Positions 10,533 through 20,671 of a DNA stretch of 64,000 bases are shown here, one piece after another. Below the pieces are notes generated by a model. The model did no database searches. It was not told the DNA's origin and saw only the letters and a program-made list of their open reading frames with translations. Numbering within the stretch: position 1 is the first letter of the stretch; every line of letters starts with the position of its first letter. A program made the position numbers and the translations under genes. Source of the stretch: Myxococcota bacterium (GTDB taxonomy: Bacteria > Myxococcota_A > Polyangia > Nannocystales > Nannocystaceae); the NCBI GenBank assembly GCA_039028615.1, contig JBCCHT010000017.1:32001-96000 (forward strand). The letters run 5' to 3'.

Positions 10533-12920
10533 CTACTTGCTCTCGGGGTTGCTCAGCTCGGCCGCGACCCGCTCGTGGAAGCCGGCGGGGATCGACTCGT
10601 GCCGACGCGGATCGTCGATGGGTCGCACGAGGTCTTCGGCCGCGATGATCCACGGCGGCTCCGGTACGCGATCGAGTTCGTAGAAGCCGCCGCAGAAGCA
10701 CGCGTGCGGACACGAAGCGCACTGCTCCTTGCGGGTGCGCCGAGCCGCCAGGTACTCGCCCAGATTCACCGTCTCGTTGTTCACGAACACCATGTGCCGC
10801 GAGAGCTTGGCGAGGTCCCCCTGCAGCAGCTCGGTGTGGTCGGGCATGAAGCAGAAGGGCAGGTTGATGACCTGGAACTTCATGCGATCGCGGAACTCGT
10901 CGATCACCTCGGTGGCGATGCGAGCCGCGTCGGCGGTATCGGGTGCGACCCCACGCGTCGCACGTCCGAAGGGAGTGAGGAACTGGATGTTGAGCCACGG
11001 CAAGCCGAGCTTCAGGCTCAGCTGCGCCAGCTCCCGCAGCTTGCGGTAGTTCCCCTTGGTGAGCGTGACGTTCATGCCGAGCTCTACGCCGGGCGGCGCA
11101 TGCTTGACACAATTTTCGATGCCCCCGCAGGTCTGCTCGAAGGCCTCGGCCACGCCGACCTGCTGCGCGTGCGTGCGCTGGTCGGGGCCGTGCACGGAGA
11201 ACAGCAGCGTGGTCAGACCGCTGCGGACCAGCTCCTTGGCGTACCCGTCGTAGAAGCAGCGGCGGCCGTTGGTGGTGACGTTGATGCGCTCGTAACCCAG
11301 CGACCGGGCGGCGCGGATGAGCGGCACCAGCTCGGGGTTGAGCGTCGGCTCGCCGCCGTCGAAGTCGACCATGCGGACGCCCTTTTGGCGCCACTTGACC
11401 AGGTGCTCGCGCTGCCGCGTGGGGTGCCCCTGGATCTGCGTCCGAGTGCCCACCGCACAGAACGTGCAGTGGTTGTTGCAGACGTAGGTGACGTTCATGA
11501 TGAGCTTCTGCGGCGCGAGCGTGGCCTGCACGCGCTGCTGGAAGGTCCACATGAAGCGCTCGAGCAGCTCCGAGCTGAGCTCGCTGCCCGTCTGAGAGGG
11601 CGCCATCTGAAAGCGCGGCCCCCAGTCCTCGACGATCGGCAACGAGCGCCCCTCGGCCAGCGGCGTCCCCGGCAGCGGCGTGGCGAACTGGACGGCGGGA
11701 TAGGCCCCGTACTCGTCGAGGAGCTCGAGCGCGAACGCCAGCGTCTCGTTGACCTCGGCCGCCGTCTCCGAGGGCAAGCCGATCATGTAGTGGATCATCA
11801 GCGGCACGCCGACCTCGTGGGCGTTGCGAGCCGCGTTGCGGATGGTGTCGAGGTCGAGCCGCTTGCCCACCACCGAGTCGATCACCCGCAGCGAGCCGCT
11901 CTCGGCCGAGACGCTGACGGTGGTCACCCGGCCGCGCATGCGCGCGAGGTGGTCGCGCTCGAGGTAGTCGGCCCGCATTCCGTTGGGCACGTCGAAGGCC
12001 AGGTCGTGGGTTTCGACCGCGGCCAGGAAGGTCTCGAAGTGGCTCTTGCGAACGTTGATGAGCTCGTCGAGCACCGCCAGGCGCGTCGCCTTGCACTCTT
12101 TGGCCAGGAACTCGACGTAGCGCCCGAGGTACTCCTTCGAGTAGCGGCGCTGGGTCTTGGGCGCGCCCTCGAGGCGATCGGGGTTGGAGCTGCAGTGCAG
12201 GCAGGTGAAGGGGCACCCGCGCGAGGTCACCAGCGGCAGGGTCCGCCCGTCGATGGGGAAGGCCCACGCACCCCGGCCCAGCTTGGCGACGAAGCGCCCG
12301 TGAAACTGCTGGTAGTGCTGCAGGTCCACCGCGTCCCAGGCAGGAAAGGGCAGCGCGTCGAGATCGGCCGGGCGCTCGCCCGAGATCACGCGCCCTTCGA
12401 CATCACCGCGAACGAGACCGAGCACGGAGACCTCGGCCTCGTACTTCACCCAGTGGTCGGCTTCGGGGTAGCTGGCCAGCACCTGAGCCCCGTCGCACTC
12501 CACGTAGTGCTGCCCGGACTGATAGCAGTCGGCCAGGATGATGGTGGCCTCGGGGTGGCGCGCCCGCAGCTGCTCCAGCACGGCCGCGAGCACGTCGTCA
12601 CGATGCGGCGGGCGGTGGAAGGGCGCGTAGGCGACGACGATATGCGACCACTGGGGCGCGGCCTCGCCCTCGTCGGCACGCAGGCAGGCCTCGACCACGC
12701 TTTCCACCGGGGCACCGAGGTGCGCCCGGTCGTCGTCTCGCCACGACAGGTCGGAGTCGGGCAAGCAGAAGGCGTCGACGATCCGCACCGAGCCCTCGTC
12801 TTGCAGCGCTTGCCGCAGCGAGGCCCCGACCTGAAGCGCCCCCAGGTTGGTCAGGTAGGGATAGTCGATGAAGTCCCTCGCTACCGTGAGCGGAGGGTGA
12901 ACGACGAGCACCTGGTTCAT
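10533..12920 (-). CDS. Two-domain radical SAM protein: B12-binding-type rSAM fused to HxsC-like rSAM
   Basis: N-terminal VLVVHPP..NLGALQV; TSRGCPFTCLHC; second motif CNNHCTFC with DGGEPT; C-terminal LPFC...CASCPHACFCGG. Confidence 0.85.
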   Translation of the reverse strand: MNQVLVVHPPLTVARDFIDYPYLTNLGALQVGASLRQALQDEGSVRIVDAFCLPDSDLSWRDDDRAHLGAPVESVVEACLRADEGEAAPQWSHIVVAYAPFHRPPHRDDVLAAVLEQLRARHPEATIILADCYQSGQHYVECDGAQVLASYPEADHWVKYEAEVSVLGLVRGDVEGRVISGERPADLDALPFPAWDAVDLQHYQQFHGRFVAKLGRGAWAFPIDGRTLPLVTSRGCPFTCLHCSSNPDRLEGAPKTQRRYSKEYLGRYVEFLAKECKATRLAVLDELINVRKSHFETFLAAVETHDLAFDVPNGMRADYLERDHLARMRGRVTTVSVSAESGSLRVIDSVVGKRLDLDTIRNAARNAHEVGVPLMIHYMIGLPSETAAEVNETLAFALELLDEYGAYPAVQFATPLPGTPLAEGRSLPIVEDWGPRFQMAPSQTGSELSSELLERFMWTFQQRVQATLAPQKLIMNVTYVCNNHCTFCAVGTRTQIQGHPTRQREHLVKWRQKGVRMVDFDGGEPTLNPELVPLIRAARSLGYERINVTTNGRRCFYDGYAKELVRSGLTTLLFSVHGPDQRTHAQQVGVAEAFEQTCGGIENCVKHAPPGVELGMNVTLTKGNYRKLRELAQLSLKLGLPWLNIQFLTPFGRATRGVAPDTADAARIATEVIDEFRDRMKFQVINLPFCFMPDHTELLQGDLAKLSRHMVFVNNETVNLGEYLAARRTRKEQCASCPHACFCGGFYELDRVPEPPWIIAAEDLVRPIDDPRRHESIPAGFHERVAAELSNPESK

Positions 12921-12929
12921 CGGGTGCCC

Positions 12930-14783
12930 CTACTCGGCCGCGCCGGCGACGTTCACCGGCTGCATGCACCCGTAGCTGTGCGCCCGGACGTAGTTGACGT
13001 GCACACCCTGGCAAGAGGCGTCGTACATGCACGTCTTACAGCGCAGTGACTTCGTGAAGTAGTGGTCCTGGATGTACTTCTTGGCGTAGCGGAAGATCTC
13101 GAGGTGCCCCTTGGCGTCGAGCATCGAGCCGTCGAAGGTCTTCGGCATGGCCCGCGGCTCGCGACCGGCGATGCAGGCGGGGATGCCTTCGAAGGGGATC
13201 TCGGCCTCCAGCTCGGCGAAGAACGCGTTGAGATCGACGTCCGCTTTAGACGAAGCGGTGAGCTTGGCGTGGGTGGGCTGGCGAAGGATCAAGCCCTCGG
13301 GCACCTTGGCCAGAGACTTCACCCAGTCGGCGTTGGAGCGGTCGAGCATGAGCAAGACCTCGAAGTCGCCGCGCAGATCGAGGAAGCGCTGGGCTTGCTC
13401 GTGATCGCGAACGATCACCTGGGCCAGCTTCAGCTCGGAGATCGCCCTGCCGGACTCGAGCGCCTCGAAGAGCCCGCTGTTGTCGGCCAGCTCGAGAGCG
13501 AGCTCGGTCGGACCGGGGTAGTGGGCAGCTTCTTGCAGCGCCGCGTCGAGGGTGGGCGCAACGACCCACAGTCGTCGGGCGCCCGCCTCGGCCCCGAGCT
13601 CGGGCGGCGCGAGATACTTGGGCGGCGTGCCCGTGCCGTACATCGGCAGGCTCAGGCGCAGGCGCTCGGCCGTCTTGCCCTCCGAGGCACCGGCCGCTTC
13701 CGCGGTGGTCTGATCGGAGTCGAGCATGAGCGCTTCGCGGGTCTCGCTGCGCTGACGACTGGCCGGGTCGCCGCCGTACACGGGCGGGAGCTTGGCTTCC
13801 CAGTCGGTGTCGACGCGGTAGACCTCGAAGTCTCGCTCGGCCAGCCGCTCGCGTCGCTCGTCGAGGCGATCGCAGAGCGGCTCGAGGTAGCAGTGGCTGC
13901 ACCGATGCGGCGCGCGGCAGTCCAGCGGCACGCCCTTCTCGAGCAGGTAGCCGTACTCTTCTTTGCGCCCGCGGACCTCGTCGTTGAGCTTGTACGGGTC
14001 CTGGATCAGGTGCTCGTAGCCCTCGAGGTGCTGAGGCGGGAAGCGGTTGAGCCAGATGTGGACATCCGGGCGCTCGGAGTAGGCGAAGGCCTCGAGCAAG
14101 TACGGACGCATCTGCTCGAGGTCGTAAAAGAGCGTCTCCTTGCCTTCCGTGTAGGCCCGGCCGAAGGGAATCACGTGCAGGAGGTCGTACTCGAGCACCC
14201 CCATGTCCGTGAACTTCTTCAGCATCGTGGGCAGCTGCTTGACGTTGCCCCGATTGACGCAGATGTCGATGTTGATGATGGGGCGGCCATCGGCCAGCGC
14301 GAGCTGGAGACCCTTGATCTCCTGCTCGAAGGCCCCCTTGGTGCCCACCAAGGCGTCGTGGATCTTGGCGTTGGGCCCGTGGATCGAGAACGTGATCTCA
14401 CCGAGGCCCGCGTCGAGAGCCGCGCGGAGGAACTCGGGGTAAGCAAACAGCCGCCCGTTGGTCACCGTCTGGATCCGCTCGTAGCCCGCGAGCGAGCCGA
14501 GGCGAACGAACTCCACGAAGTTGGGGTGGATGGTGGGCTCACCCCCGGAGAGGATCAGCCGCTCGGCGCCCTTGCGACGGCCGTCGAGGATCTGCGCCTT
14601 GATCTCTTGGTTGTTCCGGTTGGTGCCGTTGTGCGTGTGCGAGTCGAGGCAAAAGATGCAGTGATCGTTGCAATCGAAGGTCAGCCGCACCCAGTTGCGT
14701 TTTTGGTGAGCCGCCGCCTCGTGGGCCACGATCTTTTCGGTCCGCTCCTGAGCGGTCTCGGCACCAGCGTTTAGCCCGTCCAC
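12930..14783 (-). CDS. HxsC-like radical SAM protein with large internal insertion
   Basis: CNDHCIFC, SGGEPT, VTNG; Cys motifs CSHCYLEPLC (middle) and IPAC...CKTCMYDASCQG (end). Confidence 0.85.
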   Translation of the reverse strand: MDGLNAGAETAQERTEKIVAHEAAAHQKRNWVRLTFDCNDHCIFCLDSHTHNGTNRNNQEIKAQILDGRRKGAERLILSGGEPTIHPNFVEFVRLGSLAGYERIQTVTNGRLFAYPEFLRAALDAGLGEITFSIHGPNAKIHDALVGTKGAFEQEIKGLQLALADGRPIINIDICVNRGNVKQLPTMLKKFTDMGVLEYDLLHVIPFGRAYTEGKETLFYDLEQMRPYLLEAFAYSERPDVHIWLNRFPPQHLEGYEHLIQDPYKLNDEVRGRKEEYGYLLEKGVPLDCRAPHRCSHCYLEPLCDRLDERRERLAERDFEVYRVDTDWEAKLPPVYGGDPASRQRSETREALMLDSDQTTAEAAGASEGKTAERLRLSLPMYGTGTPPKYLAPPELGAEAGARRLWVVAPTLDAALQEAAHYPGPTELALELADNSGLFEALESGRAISELKLAQVIVRDHEQAQRFLDLRGDFEVLLMLDRSNADWVKSLAKVPEGLILRQPTHAKLTASSKADVDLNAFFAELEAEIPFEGIPACIAGREPRAMPKTFDGSMLDAKGHLEIFRYAKKYIQDHYFTKSLRCKTCMYDASCQGVHVNYVRAHSYGCMQPVNVAGAAE

Positions 14784-14872
14784 AGGGCACCACTATAGCC
14801 GATATGGTCGACGCGAAGTTGGCCGAGCTTGGGCACACACCCGCGATTGCAGGCACGAGTCACCCGCCGTGC

Positions 14873-16066
14873 TCAGTTCCCGCCGGATGAGTCGCGGCCT
14901 CGCTCCAGGTTCATCCCGCGACTCTCGATACGCTGCCCTTCGCGCCGACGCTTCGACTCGTAGAGCCGCTGACCCCGGTCGGTCAGGCGCCCCACCGCCA
15001 CGACGTTCCCATCGGGCCGGGGTGGGACGGCGATGGACGGGTGCGATTCGGCCTGAGGGAGCGCCCCCGCGTTGTGCTGCGCAAACTCACGCCGCCATTG
15101 CTCCATGCTCTGGAAGCGGTTGCTGGGGTCGCTGCCGTCGAAGAGCACCGATCGGACGATGGCGTCGCGGTCGACGAAGATCGGATAGAGCTCGGCCGGA
15201 TCGTAGCCATCGCCGCGGTCGAAGAGGCCGCCGCAGATCGATCGCACCGAGCAGCGCTCGCAGCTCTTGGCGTAGCGATGGCCCCAGGCCGTCTGGCGGA
15301 CCGTCTGCTTGTCGTCGAGGAAGTGCACGATGCGCTCCTCGCATTTGACGATCTTGCGGGTTTCCGTGCTGGCCCAGGCGAAATCCGTCATGTAGCACAG
15401 CGGCACCTTCTCGACTCGGAAGGTACGCCCGCTCTTGTGCAGCATTCGCATGGCGCGGTGCAGCGACAGCTCGAAGTCGGCCAGCCGCGGCGTGAACATG
15501 TCTTGGTTGACCTCGGCCCGGCCCATCGAGGGATCGAGGTTGTTCCACACGAAGTGGCGGATCCCCGGGTGGTGCTCGATCCAGTGGGCGATGCCCTCGT
15601 GCAGGTGGCCGGCGTTGAGCTTGTTGATGACGCAGTTGATGTTGACTTCGACGCCGTTTTCCAGCGCGTTGCCGACTGCGGCATAGGCGGAGTCGAGCGT
15701 GCCCTCGGTGCCCCGCAGCACCGCCTCGACCTCGGGGCGGGTCGAGTAGACGGACACGTGCACCAGCTTCAGGCCCGCGTTCGCCATGTCGCGGGCGAAC
15801 TTCGGATCGGAGAGCCGCGATCCGTTGGTGATCATCCGAACGTGCAGCCCCTGATTGGACGCATACTCGGCGATCTTGGGCAGCTCGGGATGTAGCGTCG
15901 GCTCGCCGCCCGTCAGGATGACCCCGAAGTAGCCCCGCTCGACGAAGTCGTCGACCAGCACCCGCATGGAGTCGAAGTCATGCGTGTACGGGGACGTCGG
16001 GTTCGAGCAGAAACCACACAGGTGGTTACAGTGCCGAACCACCTGGATGTAGCCGATGTTGGCCAT
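14873..16066 (-). CDS. HxsC-like radical SAM protein
   Basis: CNHLCGFC, TGGEPT, ITNG; VPLC...CERCSVRSICGG...ELYP. Confidence 0.87.
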   Translation of the reverse strand: MANIGYIQVVRHCNHLCGFCSNPTSPYTHDFDSMRVLVDDFVERGYFGVILTGGEPTLHPELPKIAEYASNQGLHVRMITNGSRLSDPKFARDMANAGLKLVHVSVYSTRPEVEAVLRGTEGTLDSAYAAVGNALENGVEVNINCVINKLNAGHLHEGIAHWIEHHPGIRHFVWNNLDPSMGRAEVNQDMFTPRLADFELSLHRAMRMLHKSGRTFRVEKVPLCYMTDFAWASTETRKIVKCEERIVHFLDDKQTVRQTAWGHRYAKSCERCSVRSICGGLFDRGDGYDPAELYPIFVDRDAIVRSVLFDGSDPSNRFQSMEQWRREFAQHNAGALPQAESHPSIAVPPRPDGNVVAVGRLTDRGQRLYESKRRREGQRIESRGMNLERGRDSSGGN

Positions 16067-16141
16067 GGGAGCTGAAGGACGTGAAGCCGCCAGAGGCGGC
16101 TTCACGAGGTCGCGGCCGAGGCCGCCGGCCCTAGGTGGGCG

Positions 16142-17935
16142 CTAGATCCACTCCGCGATGATCGTGTACGGAGCGCACACGTCGGGCAGACCCGGGACGG
16201 GAAGGACCTCGACCCAGAAGCTGGGCGGCAGCGGGTGCGGTGCCGTGTAGTTGGCGTCGCCGCAGTTGCCGAAGTTGCCGTCGCCTTGGCCGTCGGTGTC
16301 GTCGCACGAATCGGACCACTCCCAGAGGGTGTTGAACCCAGGCCCGGGCAGGGTGGTGTCGTTCGTGTTGTCGGTCTGCGCCGCGCCGACCGGGCCGTCG
16401 TTGAACGGCACGGTGTAGTTCAGCGGATCTTCGCAGCCGCTCGGGATGATGTCCTCGAAGACGCGGAAGCGGACGTTGGTGTTGCCGATGTCGGCCGGGT
16501 TGCCCGGGTTCGCCGGATCGTCGATGTAGATCCGCAGCGTACCGCCGAGCTTGGAGCCGCTGCGGTCGACCGCATCGCTGGCGTCGAAGACCACCTCGAC
16601 GTAGTCGCGGGCGCCCGAGACACCGACCAAGCCGGTGGTGCTGTCCGAGCTGCCGAAGGCGATGGAACCGACGGCCGGGATCCGCTCCGCGCTGGCGCAG
16701 TCGTTGTTGCCCGGGTCGTCGTCGCAGTCGGGCTGACACGTGGAGGAGCAGCCGTCGTTGTCGTCGAGGTCTCCGTCGTCGCAGCCCTCGCCCGCGCTCA
16801 CGTTCTGGATGCCGTCACCACACTCGACGAGGGTGCAGTTGGAGTTACACGTGGGCGACTCGCCCGCGTCGTCACACTCCTCGCCGGCCGACACGTTGAC
16901 GATGCCGTCGCCGCAGGAGGTGAGCGTACAGTCGGCGTTGCAGGTGGCCGAGACGCCACCGTCGTCGCACTGCTCGCCCGCCAGCGTGTTGAGGACACCG
17001 TCGCCACAGACCGGGTCGGAGCAGTCGGCGTCACACGTCGCCGTCTGCATCGCGAAGTCGTCGCAGTCCTCGCCCGCGAGGCCGTTGGTGATGCCGTCGC
17101 CACACTCGGGAACGGTGCAGTCGGGATCGCAAGTCGCCGACTCGCCCGCGTCGTCGCAGTCCTCGCCCGCGGTGGCGTTGTGGACTCCGTCGCCACACTC
17201 GGCCGGAGTGCAGTCGATGTCGCAAGTCGAGGACTCGCCGTCATCGTCACAAATCTCGCCGACGGCACTGTTGACGTAGCCGTCGCCGCATTGGACGAAG
17301 GTACAGTCCGCATCACAGACGTCGGTGCGCATGCCGTCGTCGCACTGCTCGCCCGAGGTGATGTTGAGGACACTGTCGCCGCAGACGACGAAGGTACAGT
17401 CGATGTCGCAGTTGGCCGACTCGCCGCCTTCGTCACACTCCTCGGCCGCCGTCGGGTTGGTCAGGCCGTCGCCACACGCCGCGAGCGTACAGTCGTAGTC
17501 ACACGTCGCCGACTCGCCACCGTCGTCGCACTCCTCGCCTGCCGCCGTGTTCGTGACGCCGTCACCACAAAGCACGCTCGTACAGTCGGCGTTGCAGTTC
17601 GCCGTCTCGCCACCGTCGTCGCAGTCCTCACCCGGGTCGACGTTGCCGTCACCACAAAGAGGACCGCCTTCGCTCGAGCTGTCGGACGTGTCGTCGGCAC
17701 CGGTGTCGTCGGGATCGACGGAGGTCGTGCTGTCGCCGCTGGTTCCACCCATCGACATCGCACTCGTCTGCTCTTCCGTCGTGGCGACTTCACCACCCGT
17801 CGTGGTCTCTTCCATCGTGCCGGCAGTGGTTCCTCCTCCACCGCCGGCCGAGGTGTCGACTCCGTCGTCGCCGCACGCGAATATTCCTAGAGAGCCATAA
17901 ACTAAAAACGGCAAGACCCGATTGCGACGCGGCAT
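16142..17935 (-). CDS. Cys-rich repeat (DUF4215-like) lipoprotein
   Basis: MPRRNRVL...GIFAC lipoprotein signal, Thr/Gly linker, 10 CGDG..N..AGE.CDD repeats, unique C-terminal domain. Confidence 0.85.
   Translation of the reverse strand: MPRRNRVLPFLVYGSLGIFACGDDGVDTSAGGGGGTTAGTMEETTTGGEVATTEEQTSAMSMGGTSGDSTTSVDPDDTGADDTSDSSSEGGPLCGDGNVDPGEDCDDGGETANCNADCTSVLCGDGVTNTAAGEECDDGGESATCDYDCTLAACGDGLTNPTAAEECDEGGESANCDIDCTFVVCGDSVLNITSGEQCDDGMRTDVCDADCTFVQCGDGYVNSAVGEICDDDGESSTCDIDCTPAECGDGVHNATAGEDCDDAGESATCDPDCTVPECGDGITNGLAGEDCDDFAMQTATCDADCSDPVCGDGVLNTLAGEQCDDGGVSATCNADCTLTSCGDGIVNVSAGEECDDAGESPTCNSNCTLVECGDGIQNVSAGEGCDDGDLDDNDGCSSTCQPDCDDDPGNNDCASAERIPAVGSIAFGSSDSTTGLVGVSGARDYVEVVFDASDAVDRSGSKLGGTLRIYIDDPANPGNPADIGNTNVRFRVFEDIIPSGCEDPLNYTVPFNDGPVGAAQTDNTNDTTLPGPGFNTLWEWSDSCDDTDGQGDGNFGNCGDANYTAPHPLPPSFWVEVLPVPGLPDVCAPYTIIAEWI
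16726..17656 (-). repeat. Ten ~93-nt coding tandem repeats (Cys-rich repeat)
   Basis: Counted in the translation; same repeat type as 6990-7826. Confidence 0.8.
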
Positions 17936-18286
17936 GCCGCCAGTGTACCGCCCTCCGGCGGCACAGCTAAGCCGAAACTTCGGCAATGATCGGTGAAAGG
18001 TGGCGGCACCCCGTCGATGGCGCGATCGAGATCGTCCGAAATCGTCTGGCATGCCGCCCGCGGGATCTGCGTGGGGTCACGGGTCGAGTGGCGGACGAGC
18101 GGGCCCTCACCCCCAATCGGCCGGCTGCGATCGGCTGAACCCGCAGGAAATCCGTGACGGATGTGCGGAACTAGGCTCGCGCAACCCACGATGGTCGGGT
18201 CATCCCCTCGCGTCGGTCCTCGGGACGGCGAAGCGGCAGTCCGACGTGCGGGGTCGCGGGCGTCGTTCGAAAAACACCGCTCGGCG

Positions 18287-18316
18287 TTGACCGTCTCCCG
18301 CCCGAATCGCTAGCGT
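18287..18316 (+). promoter_or_regulatory. Candidate sigma70-type promoter (TTGACC-N18-TAGCGT), probably leaderless
   Basis: -35 at 18287-18292, -10 at 18311-18316, TTG start 7 nt downstream. Confidence 0.45.
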
Positions 18317-18323
18317 TCCGCCG

Positions 18324-19169
18324 TTGGCATCCCCGGGCTCGAAGCACGCGCGCTGGCCTGATGGCCTTCTATTCGCCAAGCGCCACGAGCGCTGGCGCGA
18401 GCAGACCTCCGAGGATCCGCGTCTGGCCGCGCTTCGTGCGCGAGACGGCTCCGACGATGACATCGTTTCGACGGTGGCGGCCGCTCGTTCGGCGGGGTTC
18501 GAGCAGATCGTGCTGCAGCACGACGATCCGTCGGACGAGGCTCCACGCGATTGGGCGGCGCTCCGCGACGCTGGCCTCACCGCGGTGAGCGTGCGAGTCG
18601 AGGGCGGCACCGCGGACCTGCACGACTTCATCGCGGCTCAAACTCCCGACCGCCCCGCGCCCGACTTGGTCACCCTCGAGGCGACGTGTCGGCAGATTCG
18701 ACAGCACGGCCTGGCGATCCACTTCCGCACTCGGGTCGCTCGATCGAACTTTCGATCCCTCGAAGGTGTGCTTCGCCGGGCGATGGCCTGGGACGCGAAG
18801 ACGTGGACGTTGGAGTATCTGCCACTGCGCAGCACCGAGCTCCCGCCCGAGGGCGTAGGCCACGCGCACCCTCGATTGGCCTTGAGCCTGCCCTGGGTTT
18901 TGCGTTCGGGTGCGCGAGCTGCGGCCCGGCGCGTCGTGTTTGCACTGCGCGGCGCTCCGCTGTGTTTGCTGGGTCCCTTGGCTCCCCACGCCGTGCTCGA
19001 ACAACCCGCCGGCTTCGGCCCGACCTGCGAATCCTGCCCGGCTCGCAACGGCTGTGTCGGTGCCGATCCGACGTACCTCGAGCGCTTCGGACTCGACGAA
19101 CTGCGACCGCGAGCAACCCCCACCACGCCGAGCGTCGGCTGGTGGTCGGTCGCTCCGATCCTTTATTAA
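18324..19169 (+). CDS. Degenerate HxsC-like radical SAM-fold protein lacking CX3CX2C
   Basis: Barrel-like segments (AGLTAVSVRVEGGTADLHD, VARSNFRSL) and APLC...CESCPARNGCVG...YLERFGLDELRP, but no Cys triad. Confidence 0.7.
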   Translation: MASPGSKHARWPDGLLFAKRHERWREQTSEDPRLAALRARDGSDDDIVSTVAAARSAGFEQIVLQHDDPSDEAPRDWAALRDAGLTAVSVRVEGGTADLHDFIAAQTPDRPAPDLVTLEATCRQIRQHGLAIHFRTRVARSNFRSLEGVLRRAMAWDAKTWTLEYLPLRSTELPPEGVGHAHPRLALSLPWVLRSGARAAARRVVFALRGAPLCLLGPLAPHAVLEQPAGFGPTCESCPARNGCVGADPTYLERFGLDELRPRATPTTPSVGWWSVAPILY

Positions 19170-19178
19170 AATTCGTCC

Positions 19179-20660
19179 CTACTGGACGAAGTGATCGCGG
19201 GGACGGAAGGTCGTCCACCGATCGAAGATCTCGAGCACCTCGGGATCGTTGCTCGCGAGCTTCTCGAACAGGTAGTCCTGGATGCCCTTGTGCACCTGGC
19301 ACACGGCGTTGTCCGGCATCCGACCAAACACCGTTCCCTGGGTGTTGTAGTTGTACGCGCTGTTCGTGCCGCAGTACGGCTTATAGGCACAAGACGCGCA
19401 ATCGGGCTGGCCTTCGAGGTTGGTGGCCAGGGTCATCGCCCGCACCGTCTCACTTCCCACGAGATCTCGGTACTTGGTCTCGCCGACCCGACCGATCTCG
19501 AACAAGCCCTTGCCCATCTCGTAGAGCATGCGGCCCTCGTCGCAGGTGAACACGCGCCCGTCGTAGTTGTAGGCGAGCGCGCCGATCCCTGCCCCCGCCG
19601 GGCTGCGGCAGTCGAGATAGTTGGGGTCTACACCCCGCAAGATCTTCGTCAAGAAGATCGCGGCGTAGCGCTCGAGGATCTCCACGCCCTTCTTGTTCAG
19701 CTCGATCATGTAGTCGAGCGACTGGCGGTAGTACTCGACGTAGTCGCCGCGCGGGTACTCGATCTTCAGGCGGGTGCGCTCGGCGAAGCCGAAGGGATCG
19801 ACCGGCCGCAGGAAGATCGTCTTGAAGCCGAGGTCGATGTACGTGTCGATGACCTTCTTGGCCATGCCCAGCGTGGACTTGGTCGTCGTGAGCAGGGCCT
19901 CCACGTGATAGAGGCTCGAGTCGAGACCGCGGTCGATGTAGGCCTGGTTGATCTTGCGGATCCAGTGCACCGCCCGCTGGTGCGCATCCTGGGTGGGAAG
20001 CTTGCGCTGGGCGTTGTGCAGCGCCTCGGGCCCGTCGATGCTGGTGCAGATCTGCACCTTGTTCTCGAGCAGGTACTCGAACTTCTCGTCGTCCATCAGC
20101 GCGAGGTTGCTGACCATCGTGAACTCGAGCTGCTTGCCCGCCGTCTCGTTGCGCTTCCGGGCGTACTCGATGATGTGCTTGACGACGGGGAAGTTGACGA
20201 GCGGCTCACCGCCCTGGAACTCGATGGTGACCGAGGGGCTGGTGGACTCGAACACGAGGTCGACGGCGCGCTCGGCCGTCTCCGGCGTCATGTCGACGTT
20301 GGGCGTGTCGAGGTTGGCCCGCGACGCGTGGCAGTAGACGCAGGTCTCGTTGCACCGCAGCGTCACGATCATCAGGTGCAGGATGGGGCCCCGATGCACG
20401 AAGTAGTGGCGCTCGCGCATCTGGTCGATGGCCGCCGTGACGTCGTAGGTGGCCGCCAGGAAGTTCTTCTCGCTGAGCTTGGTCTCGAGCTCCGAGCCCT
20501 CGGGCACCGTGCCCTCGACGTAGTGCTTGAACTCCGCCGCTGACAGGATCAGCCAGTTCCCCTCGAAGTTGGTGATGAGGAAGTCGTCGCCGACCTTTCG
20601 ATAACGAAAGTAGGCCTGCGTCCCCGCCTTGGGCTCGGTTTGCGAAAGTCTCATGCTCAT
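19179..20660 (-). CDS. hxsB: His-Xaa-Ser system radical SAM maturase HxsB
   Basis: LHLMIVTLRCNETCVYCHAS, TIEFQGGEPL, STSIDGP-like CTSIDGP, DCRSPAGAG, YNYDGRVFTCDEGRM, CASCAYKPYCG; adjacent to HxsD-like gene and near the His-Xaa-Ser precursor. Confidence 0.9.
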   Translation of the reverse strand: MSMRLSQTEPKAGTQAYFRYRKVGDDFLITNFEGNWLILSAAEFKHYVEGTVPEGSELETKLSEKNFLAATYDVTAAIDQMRERHYFVHRGPILHLMIVTLRCNETCVYCHASRANLDTPNVDMTPETAERAVDLVFESTSPSVTIEFQGGEPLVNFPVVKHIIEYARKRNETAGKQLEFTMVSNLALMDDEKFEYLLENKVQICTSIDGPEALHNAQRKLPTQDAHQRAVHWIRKINQAYIDRGLDSSLYHVEALLTTTKSTLGMAKKVIDTYIDLGFKTIFLRPVDPFGFAERTRLKIEYPRGDYVEYYRQSLDYMIELNKKGVEILERYAAIFLTKILRGVDPNYLDCRSPAGAGIGALAYNYDGRVFTCDEGRMLYEMGKGLFEIGRVGETKYRDLVGSETVRAMTLATNLEGQPDCASCAYKPYCGTNSAYNYNTQGTVFGRMPDNAVCQVHKGIQDYLFEKLASNDPEVLEIFDRWTTFRPRDHFVQ

Positions 20661-20671
20661 TGAATCCGGAC

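Noticed and set aside
10506..13049. 847-aa + strand ORF and similar long overlapping ORFs (e.g. 22054-23889, 27466-29505, 38626-40776, 56986-59523)
   Set aside because: These are stop-poor shadow frames typical of high-GC DNA, opposite genes with clear motifs.
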